Source: an uncultured Actinomycetes bacterium
GTDB lineage: Bacteria; Actinomycetota; Actinomycetes; S36-B12; CAIYMF01
Direction of reading: 5' to 3'
DNA length: 32,000 nucleotides
NCBI GenBank assembly: GCA_963843975.1
Contig: CAWJMG010000003.1
Location: 2,520,001 to 2,552,000 of the forward strand
Positions 1 through 7,054 of this stretch are shown here, piece by piece (position 1 is the first letter of the stretch; each line of letters starts with the position of its first letter). The notes under the pieces are model-generated. The model was given only the letters and a program-made list of their open reading frames with translations. It did no database searches and was not told the DNA's origin. The position numbers and the translations under genes were made by a program.

Positions 1-342
1 CCAGAGCTCGGTGTCGAATGCCGTTGCATCGACGTCGTCCTCCGCGAGGAGACCGAGTTCGAAGATGGCGGCATCGATCAGTGCCACGGCGTCTCGAACG
101 CGAGCGGCGAAGAACCTCGCATCACGCTCGGCCGCTGCGGGTGCGCCAGACGAGAATCCGACGCCATAGCGCAGGCTTGAGAACTTGGACAGGGTGTCAG
201 AGTGCGACGGGAGCGCGGCGGACATCACTGCTGTCACCGACGCCTTCCACCGCTTATGTTCAGGCGTACTGCGCTGAACCTCGGGCTGATCGGCCTCCGC
301 CTTCAATGTTTGTAGCTCGCTGATGGCGCGGTCAGGCTTCAT
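1..342 (-). CDS. hypothetical protein, N-terminal 114 codons (continues past left edge)
   Basis: My own minus-strand translation from ATG at 342 gives MKPDRAISELQTLKAEADQPEVQRSTPEHKRWKASVTAVMSAALPSHSDTLSKFSSLRYGVGFSSGAPAAAERDARFFAARVRDAVALIDAAIFELGLLAEDDVDATAFDTELW. It is open to position 1 with GC-rich third positions. It is absent from the ORF track because it runs off the edge. No family recognised. Confidence 0.45.
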   Translation of the reverse strand, partial: MKPDRAISELQTLKAEADQPEVQRSTPEHKRWKASVTAVMSAALPSHSDTLSKFSSLRYGVGFSSGAPAAAERDARFFAARVRDAVALIDAAIFELGLLAEDDVDATAFDTELW

Positions 343-446
343 GGCTTCGACAGTAGCGGGCACTCCCGACACACCTGTCCAGGCTGTCGACCGCGAGCCG
401 CGACCCCTGCTCTGGGCTACCACCTGCAGCCCCAGGGCTACACAGA

Positions 447-495
447 TCAACTTCCCAAGCTGACAGTGCGGGTTCGATTCCCGTCACCCGCTCCA
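447..495 (+). other. tRNA-Gly(CCC) 3' fragment (anticodon loop to CCA); att-like scar, not a complete tRNA
   Basis: Anticodon loop TTCCCAA (452-458), 3' anticodon stem GCTGA, T-arm GCGGG-TTCGATT-CCCGT, acceptor 3' strand CACCCGC, discriminator T and encoded CCA at 493-495. Upstream sequence has no GCGGGTG acceptor partner and no D-arm, so only about the 3' 49 nt of a tRNA are present. Confidence 0.7.
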
Positions 496-899
496 TTGTG
501 ATGTCCCAGGACATCGGAATGGCCCGAACCCACGGGAACGTGGGCCGGCTGGACGGCCTAGGCGGAGGAAGCCGCGCCAAGGTGGTCACCGGGGGCGCCA
601 TCGCCGTCGTCGCCACCTGGTCCGGATCCGCCTTGCGTTTACATGGGTCCGAGTCCCGGTGTGGTGCCGTGCAGCGTCGAGCATGTCGGCCGGCACCTGT
701 TGGCCGACGAACTCGCCCACGACGGGCCGGCCACGGTTCGCGACGTCGTGGGATCCCGTCCTCGGCGGACGACGCCGACAAAGCGACTGACCAGCAGCAA
801 CGTGCGCGTCCGCAGGCCCGGCCCAGCCGACACTGCGTCAAGCGCATTCCTTGCTGATCGAGCGTCGCCTAGCGGGTCCGGGACTGTCTCTGGAAGGTC

Positions 900-1388
900 C
901 TATGCCCCGTCTCCGCGCCTGGCCGCTCTCAGCAGCCGCCTGCTGTGGCGCACAGTCCGGGGTGCGCTGGAGCCGAGGCGGAGGGTACGGCGCGCCGGAC
1001 CCGCGGCCTGGGACACGTGCAGCGCGCGGCGCATCTCGGAGAGCGCACGCAGCATCGCTTCTTCTCGCTGTTCTTCCAACGCGTCTCGAGGCGCCTCGGC
1101 ATCGCGAACGAACAAGGATGCCAAGGCTGCGCTGACCATGGCGAGAAGGAGAAAGCCCATGACCATCAACAGGATCGAGAGGGCCTGGCCAGCGTACGTC
1201 GTCGGGGGTTCGCCGACGAAGCCGACCGTCGTCACGAGGCTGATCGCCCACCAGATCCCCGCCCAGGGCGACTCCACCGTATCGGTCTCGATGGCGGCGG
1301 CGGCCCCGGCGGCGACCAGGGTAACCAGCGCACTGACGAGTACGAACGGAAGCACCCAGGCGCGTCGTACACGCCACTGAAAGGTCAT
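900..1388 (-). CDS. 2-TM potassium channel-like protein (Ion_trans_2 / KcsA-like architecture)
   Basis: ORF track 900..1502, with start moved to ATG 1388 (MTFQWRVRRAWVLPFVL...). Two hydrophobic helices flank a pore-helix/filter-like segment WWAISLVTTVGFVGEPP. Confidence 0.7.
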   Translation of the reverse strand: MTFQWRVRRAWVLPFVLVSALVTLVAAGAAAAIETDTVESPWAGIWWAISLVTTVGFVGEPPTTYAGQALSILLMVMGFLLLAMVSAALASLFVRDAEAPRDALEEQREEAMLRALSEMRRALHVSQAAGPARRTLRLGSSAPRTVRHSRRLLRAARRGDGA

Positions 1389-1503
1389 GCGCGCGAGCCT
1401 AGGGCAGCTCTGCGACTCGCACGGACGACGCTCTGCGTCTCCCGTGCGACGTCGACGCCAGGCGGCAACCGCCGGGTGACCGTCGCCTGAGAAGCGCACC
1501 ACG

Positions 1504-1551
1504 CTCTCAACGATCTCTCAGGCGCGGGTCCCTAACGTCCCTGACATGGCT
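1504..1551 (+). promoter_or_regulatory. candidate response-regulator box plus leaderless promoter of the ABC operon
   Basis: CTCTCA direct repeats at 1504-1509 and 1515-1520 (11-bp phasing). TANNNT -10 element TAACGT at 1533-1538, ending 7 nt before ATG 1546, with no Shine-Dalgarno. The 35-bp block 1517-1551 matches 9778-9812 at 30/35 positions in my hand alignment. Confidence 0.5.
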
Positions 1552-2283
1552 GACATCGCGATCCGCACCCAGGGGCTGAGCAAGTCCTACGGCGACACTC
1601 TCGCCCTCCGAGACCTAGACCTCTCGATCCCCACCGGCGAGGTGTTCGGGCTCCTCGGCCACAACGGCGCCGGCAAGACCACAACCGTGAACCTGCTGAC
1701 CACGTTGCTCCAACCCACCTCCGGTGTCATCGAGGTGGCGGGAGCCGACGCGTCCCTCCACCCGGACGACGTTCGGCGGATGATCGGCTACCTGCCCGAG
1801 AACGTGCAGTTCTACGACAACCTCACCACCATGGAGAACCTCCGGTTCTTCGGACGGCTGTCCGGGCTGTCCAAGCCCGATGCGCGCATCCGTGAGGTCC
1901 TCTCCTACCTGGACTTCTCCGACCACGACAACGATCGACTCGGGTCCTTCAGCAAGGGCATGCGACAGCGAGTGGGGATCGCCCAGGCGATCCTGCACGA
2001 GCCCTCGGTTCTGTTCCTGGACGAGCCGACATCCGGGCTCGACCCTGAGGGCGTCCGTCAGCTGCGTGACGTCATCGTGTCGCTCAACCGCGATCTCGGC
2101 ATGACCATCTTCATGAACACGCACCTCCTGTCCGAAGTCACCAGGACGTGCACGAGCATCGGCGTCCTCCGCCGGGGCGAGCTGGCGTACCACGACTCGC
2201 TGTCGGCAACCCTTGCCGCATTCCCCGGCGAAGGCTCGCTGGAGGAGATCTACCTGCAGATCGAATCGGCAGGCACCGCATGA
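1546..2283 (+). CDS. ABC transporter ATP-binding protein
   Basis: ORF track, 245 aa. Walker A GHNGAGKTTT, signature-like FSKGMRQR, Walker B LFLDEPTSGLD. Confidence 0.95.
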   Translation: MADIAIRTQGLSKSYGDTLALRDLDLSIPTGEVFGLLGHNGAGKTTTVNLLTTLLQPTSGVIEVAGADASLHPDDVRRMIGYLPENVQFYDNLTTMENLRFFGRLSGLSKPDARIREVLSYLDFSDHDNDRLGSFSKGMRQRVGIAQAILHEPSVLFLDEPTSGLDPEGVRQLRDVIVSLNRDLGMTIFMNTHLLSEVTRTCTSIGVLRRGELAYHDSLSATLAAFPGEGSLEEIYLQIESAGTA

Positions 2284-3179
2284 ACGCCGTCGTGGCCACA
2301 GCACGCCAGGAGCTGATCAGCCTGAGGCGTGAGCGACTTCCGCTCGTCCTGCTCGTGGTGTTCGTGCTGATGGTGTCGGTCTCGAGCCTCATCGGCTGGT
2401 TGACCACGACGACCGTGAGCAGCGTCTGGGAGAAGACCACGCAGGCCGGCCTGACCAATGCCCCCAACCCGTTCGCGAACGTCTCCGGTCTGTACTTCGC
2501 CCGGAACACGGTCATCTACCTGGTCCTGATCGGCGCGTTGATGGCGATCGTGGTCGGTGTTACCTCGGCCATGCGCGACCGCAAGGCACGCACTCTGGAC
2601 ATGGTCCTCAGCCGTCCGCTCACGGTCCGTTCGTACCTCTTGGGCAAGGTCCTCGGAGTGACCGTGTGGCTTGCACTCGTGCTCGTGAGCGTCGGCATCA
2701 TCAGCTGGGGATCCATCTCGGCAATCTCGGGCTCGCCCCTTGGAGTCGCAGACACGGCCCGGTTGATCGCGTTCTACGCGATCGCGCTGCTCCTCCTTCT
2801 GTCATTCGTGATTCTGGGGATGGCGAGCGGCATCTACAGCTCGCGGGAGACCACCGCGCTGCTCGTGCCGATCAGCATCTGGAGTGTCGCGGCGTTCGTC
2901 CTACCGCAGATCGGCACCTCGGCGAACCCCGTATCTCTGCTCAACCCCGTCCCCGCGGTGAAGATCCCCGGCGGCGCGTTCGACACGCTGAACGCCGTCC
3001 TGAGCCCGTTGTCCGTGACCGAGCAGTTCAAGACCGCGAGCGGACTCCTGCTCAGGGACACCGAGGTCGTCGGCAGCCTGCCGTTCTCCTTGTCCGTCAT
3101 CGTCGTTGCCGTCGGCATCGGCGCACTCGTCCTCGCGACCGTCAAGCGGGACCGCATCCGAGGAGCACTCCGTGACTGA
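2280..3179 (+). CDS. ABC-2 type transporter permease
   Basis: ATG 2280 overlaps the ATPase stop (ATGA). MNAVVATARQELISLRRERLPLVLLVVFVLMV... with multiple hydrophobic helices. The upstream part of ORF 2148..3179 is an Arg-rich out-of-context extension. Confidence 0.85.
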   Translation: MNAVVATARQELISLRRERLPLVLLVVFVLMVSVSSLIGWLTTTTVSSVWEKTTQAGLTNAPNPFANVSGLYFARNTVIYLVLIGALMAIVVGVTSAMRDRKARTLDMVLSRPLTVRSYLLGKVLGVTVWLALVLVSVGIISWGSISAISGSPLGVADTARLIAFYAIALLLLLSFVILGMASGIYSSRETTALLVPISIWSVAAFVLPQIGTSANPVSLLNPVPAVKIPGGAFDTLNAVLSPLSVTEQFKTASGLLLRDTEVVGSLPFSLSVIVVAVGIGALVLATVKRDRIRGALRD

Positions 3180-4281
3180 CACCCTGGTCATCGCACGCAA
3201 GGAGCTCCTGGATCTCCGGCGAAACCGCTTCCTGCTGCTCGTTCTCACGTTCATCCTCGTCGCGGTCGTCATCTCCGTCGTGGTGTCGGCTACGCAGTTC
3301 GGCGTAAAGCTCGACGCCTACACCACCTACATCGACGCTCTGCGCGCCAGCGGCTCCACTGCCACGCCGGCTCCTCCGCAGCTGTTCCCGCTGCAGCTGC
3401 TGCGCGGCTCGATCGAGTACGTCGAGATCTTGGGCGCCCTGTTCGCGATCGTCATGGGATACGGCGTCATCGCCAAGGAGAAGCAGCGGGCAACCCTCCA
3501 GCTGATCTTCAGCAGGCCGATCGCTCGATACGCCTTCCCTGCCGGGAAGCTCCTCGCTCTGGCGCTTGCCTGGCTGGTCGCGGTCCTCGTCATCTTCGGA
3601 TCGGTCACCGTGACCGTGGCGCTCGTCGGGCATGCCCAGTTCGCTGCGATCGACTACCAGCGCCTGGCGATCGCAGCGGCGATCTCCTGGGCGTATGTGA
3701 TGTTGTGGAGCGCCACGGCGATGGGTCTTGCTTCGCTGACCAAGCGGCTCAGCACGGCGCTCATCGTCGCCCTGGTCCTCTGGCTCGTCGTGGTCCTGAT
3801 CGTTCCCCAGATCGGCGACACCATGGATCCGGACAACCAGGTTCCCGGCGGGCTGTTCAAGAGCCTGTCCATCGCGAAACCCGACGAGAAGGCAGTCCTG
3901 GCCAACTTCACGGGGTTCGACACCGTGCGCAACGGCCTCGAGGTCTCGTCGATCACCAAGCACTACGAGCGATTCGCCTTCGCATTCCTCGGCATCAAGG
4001 ACCAGTTCAACCAGCAGCCTCTTGCGACTGCGTGGACCGGCACCTGGAACAACGCGATGTCGCTGCTGCTCGGCATCCATATCCGCGCTCGTGTTCGCCG
4101 TCCTCGCCTCAACCCGCACCAAGCTGACTCAGGAGATCATCATGAACCGACGTACCGTTACAGCCCTCGGCGCCAGCGTTCTGCTCGGGGTCGCCGCTCT
4201 CACCGGCTGCTCCGCTGCCACCACGGCGGGGACGGGCAACCCATCCTCGAGCTCCGTCGTCCCAGCACCCGGGAGCCCTAG
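3172..4281 (+). CDS. second ABC-2 type permease, apparent frameshift near 4075-4085
   Basis: GTG 3172 overlaps the upstream stop. VTDTLVIARKELLDLRRNRFLLLVLTFILV... is a multi-TM protein. After about 4078 the listed frame becomes Arg-rich with low GC3, whereas the next frame continues hydrophobic with high GC3 (SALVFAVLASTRTKLTQEII). The last ~65 codons of the listed ORF are probably not real. Confidence 0.75.
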   Translation: MTDTLVIARKELLDLRRNRFLLLVLTFILVAVVISVVVSATQFGVKLDAYTTYIDALRASGSTATPAPPQLFPLQLLRGSIEYVEILGALFAIVMGYGVIAKEKQRATLQLIFSRPIARYAFPAGKLLALALAWLVAVLVIFGSVTVTVALVGHAQFAAIDYQRLAIAAAISWAYVMLWSATAMGLASLTKRLSTALIVALVLWLVVVLIVPQIGDTMDPDNQVPGGLFKSLSIAKPDEKAVLANFTGFDTVRNGLEVSSITKHYERFAFAFLGIKDQFNQQPLATAWTGTWNNAMSLLLGIHIRARVRRPRLNPHQADSGDHHEPTYRYSPRRQRSARGRRSHRLLRCHHGGDGQPILELRRPSTREP

Positions 4282-4772
4282 CGCCTCGAGTCCGGCCGCT
4301 TCCAGCCCCGACGGCAGCGCCCCCGCCGGCGTGGTCCTGCCGGTCCCCTCGAACCCGATCAGCAACACGTCGACGGCCTCGACGCTGGTGATCACGAAGG
4401 CGGCTGTCGAGGACAACGTCGATCCCGCCACCGGGAAGGCGATCGACGATCGACTGCAGCTGACGCTGAAGAACACCGGGACCGCGCCCCTCACGGGGTT
4501 CGAGGTCTACTACTCGATGACGGATGTCGTCACGAAGCAGACGGAGGGCTACTACCAGAAGCTCGATGGCCTCAGCGTGGCTGCCGGCGCAGAGACCACG
4601 GTCTACTTCGACAAGCTCAACCAGCCGGGGCACTACCCGGAGAACGAGTTCAGCATCTACCGGAAGCTCGACGAACGAGGTCGACTTCGCCATCCAGGTG
4701 AGCGCGACCGGCGCCAAGGTCGCCGACGCCACTGCGGTCAAGTCGACGGGTACGGGCGAGAAGGTCGACTGA
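4142..4772 (+). pseudogene. lipoprotein (LTGC lipobox), frameshifted near 4660-4675
   Basis: AGGAG lies 7 nt upstream of ATG 4142. Signal peptide MNRRTVTALGASVLLGVAALTGCSA, then a Ser/Pro-rich linker and a folded domain. The sensible sequence switches from the ORF 4022..5014 frame (...ENEFSIYRKL) to the ORF 4524..4772 frame (TNEVDFAIQVSATGAKVADATAVKSTGTGEKVD, stop 4772). Confidence 0.65.
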
Positions 4773-4780
4773 CCCGCCCT

Positions 4781-4816
4781 GGGCCTGTCGGACACCGCAG
4801 CGCGTCCGACAGGCCC
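4781..4816 (+). terminator. stem-loop downstream of lipoprotein gene
   Basis: Perfect 13-bp stem GGGCCTGTCGGAC (4781-4793) / GTCCGACAGGCCC (4804-4816) with a 10-nt loop, starting 9 nt after stop 4772. Confidence 0.6.
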
Positions 4817-4847
4817 TGCCGTCACACTGGACTGGAAGGGAGTGCCC

Positions 4848-5552
4848 ATGCGGATCCTTGTCGTCGACGACGAGGTCAACCTCGCCAAGACCCTCAAGCA
4901 GGGCCTGGAGTCGGAGGGGTTCACCGTCGACATCGCCCACAACGGGGAGGATGCGCTGTGGGCCGCAACGGAGCAGGGGTACGACCTCGTCGTCCTGGAT
5001 CTCATGCTCCCTAAGCTCAACGGCTACAAGGTCGTGGAACGGCTGCGTCACCGGGGGGTGTGGACGCCGATCCTCATGCTCACGGCCAAGGACGGCGAGT
5101 ACGACCAGGCGGACGCGCTCGACCTCGGTGCGGATGACTACCTCACGAAGCCGTTCAGCTTCGTCGTCCTCCTGGCACGGATCCGGGCCCTGTTGCGGCG
5201 CATCGTGGCCGAGCGGCCGACTGTGCTAGCCGTCGGTGATCTGACGCTCGATCCCGTGACGTGCGCCGTGGCCCGAAGAGGGAACGCCGTCGAACTGACC
5301 CCACGCGAGTTCGCGCTCCTCGAGTACCTGATGCGTAACCCAGGAAAGGTGGTCACCAAGAGTGAGCTCATCGACCACGTGTGGGATACGAACTTCGACG
5401 GCCCTCTCAACGTCGTCGAGGTCTACGTCGGGTACCTCCGCAAGAAGGTAGACGCGCCCTTCGACGTGCAGTCCATCGTCACCGTCCGCGGGTTCGGCTA
5501 CCGGTTGGATGCTGTGGGCGAGCCCTCAGCCGCCAACGACAGCACCACCTGA
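4848..5552 (+). CDS. OmpR/PhoB-family response regulator (RR1)
   Basis: SD GGAAGGGA before ATG 4848. MRILVVDDE...DLVVLDLMLP...LTAKDGEYDQ...DYLTKPF receiver domain plus a winged-helix C-terminus (VRGFGYRL). Confidence 0.93.
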   Translation: MRILVVDDEVNLAKTLKQGLESEGFTVDIAHNGEDALWAATEQGYDLVVLDLMLPKLNGYKVVERLRHRGVWTPILMLTAKDGEYDQADALDLGADDYLTKPFSFVVLLARIRALLRRIVAERPTVLAVGDLTLDPVTCAVARRGNAVELTPREFALLEYLMRNPGKVVTKSELIDHVWDTNFDGPLNVVEVYVGYLRKKVDAPFDVQSIVTVRGFGYRLDAVGEPSAANDSTT

Positions 5553-6901
5553 GCGCCACCCAGAGCGCTCGCGCCGATCACTGCGTCGCCTCCATGGATC
5601 CGCGCGATCTGGCGGACGATGGCAAGTCCAAGACCGCTACCGCCTTCGTCGCGGGAGCGGTGCTCGTCGAGCCTCACGAAGCGGTTGAACACGTCCGACC
5701 GCCACTCCGCGGGGATCCCGGGCCCGTCATCCTCCACGGTCAGCACGACCGTCGCGCCCTGGCTCCGGGACGTCAGTCGGATCGTCGACGACGCGAACCT
5801 GGCTGCATTGTCCACGAGGTTGCGCACGGCCTGGGCCACCTGGTCCGGGTCCGCGTGGACCCGGGCCGGCTCGACGTCCAGTTGAACGACCAGTGCGGAC
5901 TGGGCCCGTAGCCGGCGCGCCTCCGCCATGAGGATGTCGTCGACGTCGACGTCCACCCGTCGCTTCGCCAGCGAGTGCTCCTCGGATCGGGCCAGCAGCA
6001 GGAGGTCTCCCACCAGTCGGGTCATCCGTTCGACCTCGTCGTCGAGCACCCGCTGGGCGTCAAGTCCGATGTCACCGCCCCTCCGGCCGGCTACGTCCAA
6101 CGACGCGCGCATCGAGGCCAGCGGGCTGCGCAGCTCATGACTGGCATCGGCCACGAACTGCCTCTGACTCGCCATAGCACTCTCTAGCCGGGCCAGCATC
6201 AGGTTCATCGTGATCGCCAGGCGTTGGATCTCGTCGTTCGCCGGAGGAACGGGCACGCGCTCATCCAGTTCTCCGCCGCCGATGCTGTCGACTCGCTGAC
6301 GAATCCGATCGACGCTTGCCAACGATCGACCGACCGCGGCCCAGGTGACCGCTCCGACGGCGACGAGCAGCAGTGGGGCGATGAGCAAGAGCGCCACCAC
6401 GACGACGCCGACGGTCCTCTGCACGGGCACGAGCGACTGGGCGGCCACGACCGTCACGGGGCCGCCCGTGCCTCCGGCCGCCACAGCCACCACCTGGTAG
6501 TCGGCGCCATCGACGAAGTCCAGCGGGGTCTGGACCGACACCGGGCCCGACCCCGCCGCGATCGGTGCCACGATCGCCGCTTCGTCGGCGATGCTCGACG
6601 ACGACACGAGAACGGCACCGGACGCATCGAGGACTTGCACGATCGTTGTGTCACCGGGCGCCGCACCCGCCGTCACGAGGGCTGCGTCGACGCCCCCGGC
6701 TTCGATCTGAGCCGCGATGTCCTTCGCGCGCTGCTCGGTGGCCTGTTGGACCGACGACGACAGCGCGAACTGCAGCACCATCACCAAGCCGGCGCCAGCG
6801 ACGACCAGGGCCACGAGCACGACCACGACGGACGCCGTCGTCGATCGGGTACGAGCGCCCCGGCGGGCCCACCAGCCTGACGCGCCCGCTCTCAGGCTCA
6901 T
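5498..6901 (-). CDS. sensor histidine kinase (HK1)
   Basis: ORF track, 467 aa. N-terminal TM, ~150-aa extracytoplasmic segment, second TM, HAMP-like linker, H-box SHELRSPLASM and an ATPase domain (GGSGLGLAIV). Confidence 0.93.
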   Translation of the reverse strand: MSLRAGASGWWARRGARTRSTTASVVVVLVALVVAGAGLVMVLQFALSSSVQQATEQRAKDIAAQIEAGGVDAALVTAGAAPGDTTIVQVLDASGAVLVSSSSIADEAAIVAPIAAGSGPVSVQTPLDFVDGADYQVVAVAAGGTGGPVTVVAAQSLVPVQRTVGVVVVALLLIAPLLLVAVGAVTWAAVGRSLASVDRIRQRVDSIGGGELDERVPVPPANDEIQRLAITMNLMLARLESAMASQRQFVADASHELRSPLASMRASLDVAGRRGGDIGLDAQRVLDDEVERMTRLVGDLLLLARSEEHSLAKRRVDVDVDDILMAEARRLRAQSALVVQLDVEPARVHADPDQVAQAVRNLVDNAARFASSTIRLTSRSQGATVVLTVEDDGPGIPAEWRSDVFNRFVRLDEHRSRDEGGSGLGLAIVRQIARIHGGDAVIGASALGGAQVVLSLAAEGSPTASNR

Positions 6902-6970
6902 GCACGCGAGGATAGGCCCCGCCCCTGAAAGAATGCTGAGCGCCGCCAGCGGCGGACGTGCCGCCCCTGG

Positions 6971-7002
6971 CTCTCAGCGGACTCTTGGGTGGATCCCTGC
7001 AC
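6971..7002 (+). promoter_or_regulatory. third, weaker copy of the CTCTCA-N5-CTCTnn / TCCCTG box
   Basis: CTCTCA 6971-6976 and CTCTTG 6982-6987 (11-bp phasing), followed by TCCCTGCAC at 6994-7002. It lies in the divergent region between HK1 (start 6901) and the acidic secreted protein (ATG 7055). Confidence 0.35.
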
Positions 7003-7054
7003 TGTGTTCGAGAGCGGCTGCACCGCAGCCGCCGGACACAGAAGGGCCTTCCCC

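Noticed and set aside
415-495. Possibility that the tRNA-Gly-like sequence is a complete tRNA gene.
   Set aside because: No upstream 7-mer can pair with the acceptor 3' strand CACCCGC. The would-be D-arm has only 3 of 4 pairs and a 14-nt loop. Only the 3' portion is tRNA-like.
498-900. Overlapping ORFs (498..857 +, 643..1380 +, 332..847 -, 639..833 -) in the gap after the tRNA-Gly fragment.
   Set aside because: No frame keeps a consistent GC3 bias or gives a plausible protein. I left the region as unannotated intergenic or decayed DNA.
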